Of a DNA stretch of 64,000 bases, positions 41,267 to 51,021 are shown piece by piece. The DNA comes from Candidatus Tepidifontimicrobium thermophilum (GTDB lineage: Bacteria; Sysuimicrobiota; Sysuimicrobiia; Sysuimicrobiales; Sysuimicrobiaceae). Positions within the stretch are counted from its first letter, which is position 1, and each line of letters starts with the position of its first letter. Both the position numbers and the translations under genes were made by a program. The stretch spans positions 64,001-128,000 of the forward strand of contig JAVKHO010000004.1 in NCBI GenBank assembly GCA_031459915.1, in the 5' to 3' direction. The notes below the pieces were generated by a model. That model searched no databases. It was not told where the DNA came from and was given only the letters and a program-made list of their open reading frames with translations.

Positions 41267-41982
41267 CTGGCGGCGTCCGAGGCCAGGAACACCACGGCGC
41301 CCGCGATCTCCTCCGGCCTGGCCCACCGGCCCAGGGCGGGCTTTTCCGCGTACGCCCGGTACCACGCGGGGTCCCGCTGGATCGGCGCGGTCAGCGGGGT
41401 TTCCACGATCCCCGGGGCCACCGCGTTCACCCGTACCCCGAAAGGCCCCAGCTCCGCGGCCAGGGCCCGGGCCAGCTGCACCACGCCCGCCTTCGTGGCC
41501 GCGTACACCCCCTGCCCGGGCTCCACCACCTGCGCGCGGATGGAAGCCAGGACCACGATGCTGCCGCGGCCCTGCTCCGACATCACACGTCCTGCCGCAC
41601 GCAGCACGTGGAAGGTGCCCTTGAGGTTGACCGCCACCACCCGGTCGAACTCCTCGTCCCCGTACTGGACTAGGGGCTTGCGCACGTTGATCCCCGGCGT
41701 CACCACCACCGCGTCCAGGGACTCCCACCGCCTGCGGACTTCGTCCACCAACGCCGCCGTGGCGGCAGGGTCCGTGGCGTCCACGTAGAACGCCTCCGAG
41801 CGCCCGCCGGCCCGGCGGATGGCTTCCGCCGTAGCGCGGGCCGCGTCCTCGCGGACGTCCGCGCACGCCACCAGAGCGCCGTGCGCGGCCAGAGCCTCCG
41901 CGGCGGCAGCCCCGATCCCGGAGCCCGCACCCACTACCAGCGCCACGCGCCCGTCCAGTCGGAACATCCGGCTGTAGTCCAA
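41191..41982 (-). CDS. Short-chain dehydrogenase/reductase
   Basis: GAGSGIG, YAATK, VNAVAPG, VDGGWTA. Confidence 0.9.
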   Translation of the reverse strand: MDYSRMFRLDGRVALVVGAGSGIGAAAAEALAAHGALVACADVREDAARATAEAIRRAGGRSEAFYVDATDPAATAALVDEVRRRWESLDAVVVTPGINVRKPLVQYGDEEFDRVVAVNLKGTFHVLRAAGRVMSEQGRGSIVVLASIRAQVVEPGQGVYAATKAGVVQLARALAAELGPFGVRVNAVAPGIVETPLTAPIQRDPAWYRAYAEKPALGRWARPEEIAGAVVFLASDAASYVTGSVLVVDGGWTAVDGRFQPPV

Positions 41983-42041
41983 ACCCCTGACCTCCTTCCG
42001 TGCGAGCCTCCGGCGAAGGCACGCGTGCCCCGCACGGCGAC

Positions 42042-43295
42042 TTACCCGCCCAGGGCGTACACCACCGCGGCCGCGTAGATGCGCGCAGCCTCCACGAGCT
42101 CGTCCACGTCCACGTACTCGTCCACCTGGTGCGGGACCTCACGCTTGCCGGGGCCCAGCACCACCACGGGCAGTCCGGCCCACGCCTGCAGGAACGTGCC
42201 GTCGGTGCATCCCGGGACGCCGCCGTACCGGGGCTCCCGGCCTGTCACCAGCCGCACCGCCCGGTCCACGGCCTGCACCACCGGCGCGTCCCGCGGGGTC
42301 TCCGTCCACGGCCGGTCCTCGACCAGCTCCGTGCGGGCCTCCACGCCCTCCTCAGCTGCCGCGGCCCGTTCCGCGAGGTCCTGTAGCGCCGCGAGAAGGG
42401 CTCCGTGGTCCTGACCGGGCACCGTCCGCAGGTCCACGGTGACGTGCGCTTCTCCTGCCATCACGTTGAACTGGGCGTCCCCGTAAGCCGGCGCGCGGAC
42501 GGTGGTGGGCGTGATCCACGGAAGGCCCAACAGAGGGTGGGCGCCGGTGCGGCGCTGCTCCGCCGCCTGCAGCTCGGACAGCGCCAGGACGAAGCGTGCG
42601 GCCGCGGGCAGCGGGTTCGCCCCCGCGTAGGGCATCGCCCCGTGCGCCTGCCTGCCCCGGAAGACGGCCAGCACCCGCAACGCGCCCTTCTGCGCCAGAC
42701 ACACCTCGTTCTCTTCCGGCTCGCAGACTACGGCCCCGTCAAAACCGTCTGCCAGCCCTGCCCGCACGAAGGCCTTGACTCCCTCCATCATCCCTTCTTC
42801 GTCCACGAGGGCCGCCAGCCGGACCCGACCCCGGAGCCCGCGCCCCGCCTGCCGCACCGCGTCCAGGGCCACCACCGCGGCCGCCAGCCCTCCCTTCATG
42901 TCGCACGCGCCGCGGCCGTACAGGCGGCCGCCCACCACCTCCCCTCCGAAGGGGTCGTACGACCAAGCGCTCCGGTCGCCCTCCGTGACCACGTCCGTGT
43001 GCCCCTCCACGATGAGCCCGAAGCCCGGCTCGCCCGTGTCCCAGTCCGCCACCACGTTGGGCCGGCCGGGTGCTGCCTCCTGCACGGACACGGTCCACCC
43101 GCGGCGCTCCAGCTCCTCCGCGAGGAAGGCGGCCACCTGAGCCTCGTTGGCCCGCGGGTCGCCCGGCCGGACCACGCTGGGGATGCGGATCAAGCGCCGG
43201 GCCAGCTCCACCACCTGCGCCGGGTCCACCGCGGCGGCGACCCGCCGCGCCTGTTCATCCAGGGGAGCTCTCTCCGACATCCAGGCCAGCTCCAT
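42042..43295 (-). CDS. M20 family metallo-deacylase (ArgE/DapE-like); alternative start at 43280
   Basis: EGHTDVV, YGRGACDMKGG, VDEE, CEP, PHQVDEY. Confidence 0.9.
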   Translation of the reverse strand: MELAWMSERAPLDEQARRVAAAVDPAQVVELARRLIRIPSVVRPGDPRANEAQVAAFLAEELERRGWTVSVQEAAPGRPNVVADWDTGEPGFGLIVEGHTDVVTEGDRSAWSYDPFGGEVVGGRLYGRGACDMKGGLAAAVVALDAVRQAGRGLRGRVRLAALVDEEGMMEGVKAFVRAGLADGFDGAVVCEPEENEVCLAQKGALRVLAVFRGRQAHGAMPYAGANPLPAAARFVLALSELQAAEQRRTGAHPLLGLPWITPTTVRAPAYGDAQFNVMAGEAHVTVDLRTVPGQDHGALLAALQDLAERAAAAEEGVEARTELVEDRPWTETPRDAPVVQAVDRAVRLVTGREPRYGGVPGCTDGTFLQAWAGLPVVVLGPGKREVPHQVDEYVDVDELVEAARIYAAAVVYALGG

Positions 43296-43379
43296 CTCCG
43301 GAGGGCGATGCCACCGTCTTCCACACCGGTCCGCTCCGCCCCTCCCGCAGGGGGAAAGCCCCTCGTCTTCCCGGGAGCT

Positions 43380-44492
43380 TCAGCCGGCCTCGTCCTCGGA
43401 AAGGAGCGGGAGCGACACGGGCGCTTTCTTCCGGGCCGACAGGTCGAAGGCCTTGCTCACCATGAGACGGTGGTGGGCCTCCGCCGCCGTGGCGTGGGGC
43501 GTCGACACGCCCGTGGAGACGCGATCCAGCCAGGCCACGGTCTCGTCCCGCATGGGCCCCCACAGCTCGCCGAACGCCACGTCACCGGGCGGGTAGCTGC
43601 CCAGGAAGTCCACCAGCCGGCTCTCGTGGGGGTTGTAGCCCTCCATCTGCGGGGCGCTGACGGCCAGGACCACGTCCCGGTGGGTGTCGTCCACCGTCAG
43701 GACCCCTTCGGTCCCCACGATGCCTACCTCGACGCTGTACACCGCCCCCGGCCACGTGACCGGCAAAGCCCAGGACACCGCCATGTGCAGCAGGGTCCCG
43801 TCGTCGAAGACCACCGTCCCCACCGTGGCGTCGATGCCCGAGTATAGGGGGCCCAGCACCCGGTCCACCGCCCGGGCGTGGACCTCCACGGCGGTCTTCC
43901 CCTCCAGGAACCACAGGCACAGGTCCAGGGCGTGGGTTCCGGAGATGACCATGGGGGAAATCCGGGTCGGGTCGTCCGTCCTCCGGTAGTTGTCCAGCGC
44001 CACCAGCCGGTTCAGGAAAGCGCGGGCGGTGACGAGGGTGACCTCCCCCAGGGCTCCCGTCCGGCACTTCTCCTTCGCCGCAAGCCACCTGCGCCGGAAC
44101 CGCTGGGTGTAACCCACTACCGCGTCGACGCCGGACTCCTCGATGGCCCGGAGGATCCGCGCGGAGTCCCGGAGGGTGGTGGCCAAAGGCTTCTCCACCA
44201 ATAACGGCAGCCGCCGCTCCACCGCGGCGAGGACGGGGTCCGCGTGCAGGTGCTCGTCCGTGGCCACCACCACGCAGGTGACCTCGGGGCGTGCCAGCAG
44301 CTCCCGGAAGTCCGTGGTCACGTAGTCGGCGCCGATGCGCTGCGCCAGCGCCTCTCCGCGTTCGGGGACCCGCTCCGCCAGCCCGATCCAGTCCACCGCG
44401 GGGTGCCGGGCCGCGATCTGCGCCCGGAACGTCCCCACGCGCCCCGCCCCTACCACCGCGACCCCGAGCCGCCGTACGGTCTTCCCCCGCAT
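43380..44492 (-). CDS. Gfo/Idh/MocA family oxidoreductase
   Basis: VVGAGRVG, VEKPLA, VGYTQRF, GTHALD. Confidence 0.88.
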   Translation of the reverse strand: MRGKTVRRLGVAVVGAGRVGTFRAQIAARHPAVDWIGLAERVPERGEALAQRIGADYVTTDFRELLARPEVTCVVVATDEHLHADPVLAAVERRLPLLVEKPLATTLRDSARILRAIEESGVDAVVGYTQRFRRRWLAAKEKCRTGALGEVTLVTARAFLNRLVALDNYRRTDDPTRISPMVISGTHALDLCLWFLEGKTAVEVHARAVDRVLGPLYSGIDATVGTVVFDDGTLLHMAVSWALPVTWPGAVYSVEVGIVGTEGVLTVDDTHRDVVLAVSAPQMEGYNPHESRLVDFLGSYPPGDVAFGELWGPMRDETVAWLDRVSTGVSTPHATAAEAHHRLMVSKAFDLSARKKAPVSLPLLSEDEAG

Positions 44493-44570
44493 CCCTGCCT
44501 CCTCGCTGACCCCGTGTCAGATTTCGACGTTCACGCCCGCCAGTGTACCAGGCTTCCCTCGGCCCGCGGT

Positions 44571-44599
44571 TTGACGGCCGTCCCGGGCGGCCGTAGAAT
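44571..44599 (+). promoter_or_regulatory. Sigma70-type promoter of tRNA-Ile
   Basis: TTGACG-17 bp-TAGAAT. Confidence 0.85.
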
Positions 44600-44609
44600 A
44601 CGGTGTCGC

Positions 44610-44686
44610 GGGCCCTTAGCTCAGGTGGTCAGAGCGCGGTCCTGATAAGACCGAGGTCCGTGGTTCGAGTCCACGAGGGCCCACCA
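44610..44686 (+). tRNA. tRNA-Ile (GAT)
   Basis: Acceptor GGGCCCT/AGGGCCC, anticodon arm CGGTC-CTGATAA-GACCG, T-loop GTTCGAG, encoded CCA. Confidence 0.97.
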
Positions 44687-44757
44687 CCTCGTTCCGCCAC
44701 AGCCGGTGGGACTTGAGCGTCCAGGAGGCTCCGGGCCCCTCGCGTGTCCCCCTCAGC

Positions 44758-44773
44758 TTAAGCCCGCTTTAAG
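44758..44773 (+). promoter_or_regulatory. Direct-repeat box 1 (TTAAG-N6-TTAAG)
   Basis: TTAAGCCCGCTTTAAG, upstream of the 44788 gene. Confidence 0.65.
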
Positions 44774-44787
44774 CCTGGTGCGCTTTC

Positions 44788-45360
44788 ATGGGTGTCGGGA
44801 TGACGCGGGCCCTCCTCGTCGCCACGGTTCTCCTGCTCGCCGGGGTCCCCGGCGGACTGCGCGCCCGGGCATACGAGGTGCGGACCGTGGGTGGCTGGGA
44901 GCGGGAGCTGCGCGCGGGAGCTGTAGTCCGCACCGCGCCCCCGTCCCAGCAGATCTTCTTCCGGGTGGAACGGACCGCCGACGGCCGGTACCGCAACGCG
45001 TCGCAGGGCCTCCTGCTGAGCCCCCGCTGCGAGATCCTGGACCCCTCCGGGAAGCCCACCGGGCTGGACGCGTGGCTCTGTCCGGTCGACCCCGACAAAT
45101 CCCGCTTGCAGGTCCCTTTGAAGCCTGACGACCCCAAGGCCGTCCTGCCGCTGCGGCGCGGCACGGTGGACGTGGACCTGGACGGAGACGGGGTCACCAA
45201 CGAACGGGGCTACCTGCTCGTGACGGAGACCGCCATCTTCGTGGTGGCCTACAGCGCGCACACCCGCCTGCTGAAGTTCGACTTCGTACGGCTGGGTGAC
45301 CCGCAGAAGGTCCGCGTCCTGCAGACCCTGCGGCGCTACCAGGTACGTGTCGTCCCGTAG
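44788..45360 (+). CDS. Hypothetical secreted protein with DxDxDG motif
   Basis: Signal peptide MTRALLVATVLLLAG...ARA; DVDLDGDG; two Cys. Confidence 0.7.
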   Translation: MGVGMTRALLVATVLLLAGVPGGLRARAYEVRTVGGWERELRAGAVVRTAPPSQQIFFRVERTADGRYRNASQGLLLSPRCEILDPSGKPTGLDAWLCPVDPDKSRLQVPLKPDDPKAVLPLRRGTVDVDLDGDGVTNERGYLLVTETAIFVVAYSAHTRLLKFDFVRLGDPQKVRVLQTLRRYQVRVVP

Positions 45361-45448
45361 GGTCGGCCAGGCGCAGCCTGGCGTAGCCAGCGCCTCCCGA
45401 CTCTCACCGCCTCTTCCCGGCAGGCCGCACGCTGGCCTCGGCCGTGAC

Positions 45449-45926
45449 CTACGGCCCGGGCTGAAATTCGAGGAGTCGCTCCTCTTCTTTGTAGACTCCG
45501 TCAGTTTCGTCAGAGGACTCCTGATACCGCCCCAACACATAAGATCTGAGCCCGAAGAAGGGCTTGCGGCGAAGGGCCCACTCCTCCAGGACCGCGGTCC
45601 CGACCCACAGGGGGATAGTTGACAGCATCAGCGACGCCCAGAGCACCACGAACCATTCCGACGTGAACGCCGCGTCTGACCGTCCGAAACGTACCGACTC
45701 AACCAGGAACGCCACGGCGGCCGCAACCGCGCCGACCGGGATGAGCAGAAGCAAAAAATACACCGTATCCTGTTCGCTGATGCGCGCGGGGGAGATCCAC
45801 TCGCGCGACCCGGGCGATCCGCCTCCGCTCCTGCTCGGGGTCGCGCACGAGGGACAGCAGGTCCGCGAGCGCGGCGTCGATTCCACCGCGGAGCGATTCC
45901 CGGAGCCCGCGGGACCCCTCGCCCAC
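45449..45926 (-). pseudogene. Frameshifted two-TM membrane protein, apparent short paralogue of the N-terminus of the upstream DUF3137-like gene
   Basis: Track ORF 45699..45926 joins the TM-coding frame ending at 45449 if one T is removed from the T6 run at 45753-45758. Confidence 0.5.
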
Positions 45927-45936
45927 GGCCCCCCGT

Positions 45937-47049
45937 TCACCACGGCCTGTGGCGGAGCCGCTCCAGCAGCCGCTCGCCGGGAATCCCGCTTGCCAGGCCG
46001 GCCAGGTACGTCACCCGCAAGAGAGCCTGCAGATCCCCCACGGCCCTGTCGCGGACCCACCGGGCGTCCATGCGGCGCCAGGGGCTTGGTTCCAGAAAGT
46101 CCCTCCACGGAAGGAGTGCGAGTACGTACCCCTCCTGCACGGCCAGGAAAGGCTTCCAGGGAAGTTCGCGGGCGAGCTGCAGGAGGGCACTCCGGACCTC
46201 GAACCCGAGGGCACCGTGGACCCCAGCCGGCTCCGGTGCGTACACCTCGAACCGGCCGTCGAACTCCGGGTCCCCGGTGGGCACCGTGTCCCAGCGGTCG
46301 AGCCCCGACCGCAGCCCGGGTTCCCATTCGGCGAAACGCCCCAGCACCCCCGACCTCGGCAGGACCGCGAGCGGAACGAGATCCGGGCCACCCTCCGCGA
46401 CCGCCACCAGTCCGTAGAACTGGCGCCCGCTGCGCCCCGGCGGCCCGGGCTGCGTGAACCCCCTCCTTTTCGGGATCGCGGACAGGACATCCGCCTCGCC
46501 CGCGACCACGCGACGCGAGTCCAGCTGGAATTCCACGGCGAGCCGGACCGCAGGACGACGGCCTCCGACCAAGAGGTGGACCGTCTGCTGGAAGGGCTTG
46601 CCGAACCGTACGGGGTCGTTGCTCTCCGGCTCGGGCTGGAACGGAACGAATCCGAACGCCGGGCCCAGCGCACCGATCAGCTGGGACCGGATGCGGAGCG
46701 ACTGTCGGTCCCGCACGGGGGCGTAGAGGATCCAAGCCAGGACCAGGACCGGGACGTACAGAAAAGCGGGCACCAGCGGCGACGCGACGAGCCACAAGCC
46801 CAGGTACAGCACCGCGTCCAGGTCCGGCCGCACCCGGGACAGCACGAGCCCCAGCCCCGCGGTCAGCACCCCGACGCCCACCACCAGAGCCGCCAGCGCG
46901 AGCGGGACCAACGCCACCAAGGCAGGTAGCCGGAGCTTCCGACGCTCCGCCTCCAACCCGGAAAGCACCCCCTTCATGGCGGGCAGGACCGCTTCAATCC
47001 GTTCGGCCACCTCACGGTCGAGGGAGTCCAAAATCTGCGGAGGGGTCAC
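45937..47049 (-). CDS. Two-TM membrane protein, DUF3137-like
   Basis: LEAERRK plus two TM, then F.GLV, DPEFDGRFEVYA....A...L pattern. Confidence 0.65.
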   Translation of the reverse strand: MTPPQILDSLDREVAERIEAVLPAMKGVLSGLEAERRKLRLPALVALVPLALAALVVGVGVLTAGLGLVLSRVRPDLDAVLYLGLWLVASPLVPAFLYVPVLVLAWILYAPVRDRQSLRIRSQLIGALGPAFGFVPFQPEPESNDPVRFGKPFQQTVHLLVGGRRPAVRLAVEFQLDSRRVVAGEADVLSAIPKRRGFTQPGPPGRSGRQFYGLVAVAEGGPDLVPLAVLPRSGVLGRFAEWEPGLRSGLDRWDTVPTGDPEFDGRFEVYAPEPAGVHGALGFEVRSALLQLARELPWKPFLAVQEGYVLALLPWRDFLEPSPWRRMDARWVRDRAVGDLQALLRVTYLAGLASGIPGERLLERLRHRPW

Positions 47050-47594
47050 GGCGAGTTCCCTCCTGTCCGCTCCCGCAGGGCAAAAGGGACGATCAGGAGC
47101 AGCGCCTCACGACCCTCCCATGGAGCGACCAGGCCGAACCCGTAGAGTCCCGCAGCGGCTGTGGAGAAAGACACCACCCGCTGGCCCCTGTGCACCCCGG
47201 CGACCGACCGACGGAGGCGGTGCACCAGGTCGCGTCCGGTGACGGGCGTCAGCTGCTGTCCCGGATGAATTCGGAAGACCGCCGCGAACACCTCGACGTC
47301 TCGGGGCAATCCGCGCCACCTCAGACCGTACGCGAACGGGACGGAGGCGCCCGCTGAGAACGTTCCACCGCCCACCGCCGTCCCTTCCACGGACAACCCG
47401 GGGATCTGCTGCGGGCAGAATCCCCGTCCCAGGTCCTCCGGTCTACTAGACACGGGACCCGGCAGGCATCCCTGGCCCCCCGTCACCGGTCCTACGGCCG
47501 TGTAGACCAGGAGCCCCGCGACCACCAGCACGACCGCCACCAGCGTCAGACACCCACAGCCCAGGGCCCCGAACAGCAAACTGCGGCCTGTCAC
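47046..47594 (-). CDS. Single-pass membrane protein with GCGCL motif (paralogue A)
   Basis: VTGRSLLFGALGCGCLTLV..., PEDLGRGFCPQQIPG, GLYGF...VPFAL; GGAGG RBS. Confidence 0.72.
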   Translation of the reverse strand: MTGRSLLFGALGCGCLTLVAVVLVVAGLLVYTAVGPVTGGQGCLPGPVSSRPEDLGRGFCPQQIPGLSVEGTAVGGGTFSAGASVPFAYGLRWRGLPRDVEVFAAVFRIHPGQQLTPVTGRDLVHRLRRSVAGVHRGQRVVSFSTAAAGLYGFGLVAPWEGREALLLIVPFALRERTGGNSP

Positions 47595-47596
47595 GG

Positions 47597-48799
47597 CTAA
47601 CCTCCTGGCCCGTCCTCGCGCATCTCCGCGGGGGCTCGCAGCCGGTCCCGCAGCCGCTGCCGGAGCTCCCGCAGGCGCGACCGGTACCGGTCCAGTTCCC
47701 GCGGGTCGCGGGTCCCCCCCGCGGCCCCGTGCTTGGCAAAGGCGAAGTCGACCGCCAGGTCGTAGTAGGCCCGCAGGTCCCGCCAGGCCCCCACGCCCCG
47801 ACGGGTGAGAGCCTCCCACAGGGCACGGAACCGGAGCGCGGGTGACAGCAGCGCCGGGAAATCCTCCTCTGCCACGACGTCGGTCTCCCCCGACAGCTGA
47901 GCCCGGACCAGGAAAGCCTCCCGTCTCCACGAGAGGTAAGCGATAACTCCGAGGGTGACCCAGGCAGGGGCCTCGAGGAGGCCCCACGTGAGCGGCAGCA
48001 CGACGAACAGGTCGACCCACACGTTCCCACGCGAAAGACGCGTGAGCCACGGGTCCAGGAAGGTGGCGGTGAAGTTCCAGGCGAAGTGCAGGAACACCGC
48101 ACACGCGAACCCTACCAGGGGAGCCGCGACCCTCCCCGCCGGACTTTTCGCCTCCCGCGCGTATCCCAGGCCGGCCCCCGTGCAGGCGGTGTAGGCGGAG
48201 TGGCCCAGCCCGCCGACCAGCGCCCGCGCGTAGAACGACACCGCCAGTCCCGGAAGCCCGCCTCTTTCCAGCGCCCGGAGGAAGTAGTGCACGTTCTCCA
48301 CCGCGGTGAATCCCAGGCCGGCCAGCGCTCCGTACACGACCCCGTCCAGGGTGTTGTTGAACTCGTGGCGCCACAGGAGGGCCACCAGGAGCACGGCGGC
48401 CCCCTTGGCGGTCTCCTCCGTCACCGGCGCCACGAAAGGCCCGACTAACTTTGCCCCCAGCTCCCGACCTAGAACAGCCTGAAGGATCGCGGAAGCCAGG
48501 GAGTTGGCGACGCCCGCACACAGGGTGGCCACCGCGGCACCCCAGAAGAAGGCCGCCAGGAGGAGCCACCCGGGTTCCCGCTCGTGTCGGTCCAGCCACA
48601 GGATCAGCAGGGCGTAGAACGGCACCACGGAAAACGCCGCCGCCGCGCTGAGGAGGAAGGAGGCGACGCTGTCCGCCCGACTGAGGCTCAGGGCGAGGTT
48701 GAGGGCACCCGCGACGACGATCGCACCCGCCAGAACCAGGGCGCCGGCCCAGCGCGCCAGCGGGAAAGCCTCCGGATACCGCAGCTCCTCTGCCGTCAT
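47597..48799 (-). CDS. PrsW-family intramembrane protease (copy A)
   Basis: DRHEREP, EETAK, GFTAVEN, GHSAYT, LHFAWN. Confidence 0.9.
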   Translation of the reverse strand: MTAEELRYPEAFPLARWAGALVLAGAIVVAGALNLALSLSRADSVASFLLSAAAAFSVVPFYALLILWLDRHEREPGWLLLAAFFWGAAVATLCAGVANSLASAILQAVLGRELGAKLVGPFVAPVTEETAKGAAVLLVALLWRHEFNNTLDGVVYGALAGLGFTAVENVHYFLRALERGGLPGLAVSFYARALVGGLGHSAYTACTGAGLGYAREAKSPAGRVAAPLVGFACAVFLHFAWNFTATFLDPWLTRLSRGNVWVDLFVVLPLTWGLLEAPAWVTLGVIAYLSWRREAFLVRAQLSGETDVVAEEDFPALLSPALRFRALWEALTRRGVGAWRDLRAYYDLAVDFAFAKHGAAGGTRDPRELDRYRSRLRELRQRLRDRLRAPAEMREDGPGG

Positions 48800-48806
48800 C
48801 TCCAGG

Positions 48807-49319
48807 TCAGCGGGACCGTGAATAGGAGGCGCGCATGCTGCGAAACACCCCGAGGAGTCCGGAGAACTCGGACTCAGCGGCCTCGCCCGACAGGAAAGTC
48901 ACCTCCGTGACGCCACCGGTTCCGGGAGAGGACCGGATCCAGAACACCATGCGGGTACGAGAAGGGCCCGTACCCCAGCGGGACTCCCCTCCCACGGCCC
49001 ACGGGTGTCCGCCCAGCTCCCACCGAAACCCCGGGCGCCGGTCCAGCCCCAGCAGGTCGCCCAACACACGGCGCGCTGCCTCGCGCGGCCGCAGGCGGCC
49101 CTGCACGGGAAGATCCGGAAGCACCACAAAGCGAGGCGGGCGGAACGGCCCGCGGGCGTGGAAGATCACAAGCCCCAGGTCCTCCGCCCGGTGCACCCTC
49201 CAGGAAGCGGGCCGGAGGATCCGGAATCCCCACTCCGGATCCACGTAAGGCTTCAGGGCTACGACCTGCGACGCGAAGCCGACGAGAAGAAGGGTCGACA
49301 CCAGGCCCGCGTGGATCAC
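48807..49319 (-). CDS. Exported PsbP/DcrB-like protein
   Basis: Signal-like N-terminus, YVDPEWGFRILRPASWRV, C-terminal F..M.ASY helix; GTGA overlap. Confidence 0.6.
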   Translation of the reverse strand: MIHAGLVSTLLLVGFASQVVALKPYVDPEWGFRILRPASWRVHRAEDLGLVIFHARGPFRPPRFVVLPDLPVQGRLRPREAARRVLGDLLGLDRRPGFRWELGGHPWAVGGESRWGTGPSRTRMVFWIRSSPGTGGVTEVTFLSGEAAESEFSGLLGVFRSMRASYSRSR

Positions 49320-50455
49320 GTCCAGGCAATCCCGAGTGACTCCAGACGCGCCCGGAGCTGGACAAGCTGTCCCCTGAGCTGGTCCTCGGAGGCCCCTGCC
49401 GGCCTCCCCCGGGAGGCCCGCCACCGCGCGAAGGCGAGCTCTGCCAGCGTGTCGTAGAACTGGCGGAGAACCAGCCACCCAGCGGGTCCCTTCCGCGTGA
49501 AAGCCTCCCAGAGCCGGCGGGACTTGACCCCACTTGTGGCCACCGCCCGCAGCTCTTCCTCCGTGAGGATTCCCGAGGAGACCAGGTCCACCAGGTGTGT
49601 GCGGATCAGCTCCCGTTCCCGCCGCTCCGCGAGGAAGGCCAGGAGCCCGAGCACGACGAGGGGCGGGAGCAGGATGATCCCGAACAGCACCGGGATCAGA
49701 AACAACTCTCTTTCTCCAACCGCGGCAACGACCGCGAGGTTGCTGGAGTTCCACAGGGCGTGCAGGAAAACCGCCCCGAGATACCCGACCGGTGGGGCTA
49801 CGAACCGGGCCGCTCCCCCGCGCTCGCGCGCGTAGCCCAGGGCAGCCCCCGTGCATCCCGTCCAGACGGAGTGCATGAGGCCTAGGAGGATCACGCGCAG
49901 GAAGAACAGGACGATGAGCGTCCCCAGCCCACCCTCCGTATAGCCACGGCCCAGGTACAGCACGTTCTCCGCCACCCCGAAGCCCAGCCCCACCAGCGCC
50001 CCATACACCAGGCCGTCCGTGAGGTTGTCGAACTCCTCGCGGAGGAAGGCCGCCATGCCGAGGAGTGCCACTCCCTTCGCGGTTTCCTCCACCAGGGGTG
50101 CCACGAGTCCGAGGGTGACCCGGAGCGCCCACTGGGGCCCCAAGACTGCCTTCAGGACAGCCATCCACAGCTGGTTGAAGACAAAGGCGAGCAGCACGGA
50201 CACCGTGGAGCCCCAGAAAAAGGCAGCCAGCAGCAGCCAGCCCGGCTCCTTCTCGTGCCGGTCCAGCCACAGGATGGCGGTGACGTACACAGGCACGGGG
50301 AGCACAGCCAGACCGGCACCGAGCAAGAACGCGACCGGCCCCTCGAGGCCCACGAGGATCAAAAGCACCAACAGCCCCACGAAGCTGAACAGGCCCAGCA
50401 GCGACAGCTGCAGGAACAGGTAGGGGTTCCTCGCCCGGACCGACCCGACCGGCAC
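49316..50455 (-). CDS. PrsW-family intramembrane protease (copy B)
   Basis: DRHEKEP, EETAK, GFGVAEN, MHSVWT, LHALWN; GGAGG RBS before GTG 50455. Confidence 0.9.
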   Translation of the reverse strand: MPVGSVRARNPYLFLQLSLLGLFSFVGLLVLLILVGLEGPVAFLLGAGLAVLPVPVYVTAILWLDRHEKEPGWLLLAAFFWGSTVSVLLAFVFNQLWMAVLKAVLGPQWALRVTLGLVAPLVEETAKGVALLGMAAFLREEFDNLTDGLVYGALVGLGFGVAENVLYLGRGYTEGGLGTLIVLFFLRVILLGLMHSVWTGCTGAALGYARERGGAARFVAPPVGYLGAVFLHALWNSSNLAVVAAVGERELFLIPVLFGIILLPPLVVLGLLAFLAERRERELIRTHLVDLVSSGILTEEELRAVATSGVKSRRLWEAFTRKGPAGWLVLRQFYDTLAELAFARWRASRGRPAGASEDQLRGQLVQLRARLESLGIAWT

Positions 50456-50460
50456 GGCCG

Positions 50461-51021
50461 CTAGCCTCCCATCCACTTGAAGTCCCGCAACATCTCCGTC
50501 AGGGTGCGTTCCCACCGCGGCCACTCCCGCTCCGGCGCCTGGGCCAGGACCAGGTAAAAGACCAGGGTGTCCCCACCGTGCACCGGCGGCCTGGCCACGA
50601 CGGTCAAGAACACCGCCCGCATGGGGATGTCGGCCGCACCCCTCCAGGTCACCTCTCCCCGGACGGTGTAGATCCCCTGACCTTGCGGCGTGATCCGCTG
50701 CCGCAGGCGGACGTCCGCCGACCGGCCGAGTCCCGCTTCGCGCATCAACGTCTCCCGGACCGCCACCTCCGGTTCGAGGTCTCCGCTCAGGCGCGTGCCG
50801 GGGAATACCACGAACGCCGTCCCCTCCCGCGGACGGTCTCGGTAGAAAGCCACCCAGCCGTCCACCGGGTCCTCCTGGATATGCCAGCCGCGGGGATAGC
50901 GAACCGAGAAACGAGCAGAGGGGTCCACGTACACGACCCAATCACTGGAGAAGGGCAGCCCCAGAGCGAGGCTCAGGAAAACCCCCAGCGCACTAACCCC
51001 TCTCTTTCCGGCTACCGGCAC
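50461..51021 (-). CDS. Exported PsbP/DcrB-like protein
   Basis: Signal-like N-terminus, YVDPSARFSVRYPRGWHI, AQAPEREW...L..ML.DF. Confidence 0.68.
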   Translation of the reverse strand: MPVAGKRGVSALGVFLSLALGLPFSSDWVVYVDPSARFSVRYPRGWHIQEDPVDGWVAFYRDRPREGTAFVVFPGTRLSGDLEPEVAVRETLMREAGLGRSADVRLRQRITPQGQGIYTVRGEVTWRGAADIPMRAVFLTVVARPPVHGGDTLVFYLVLAQAPEREWPRWERTLTEMLRDFKWMGG

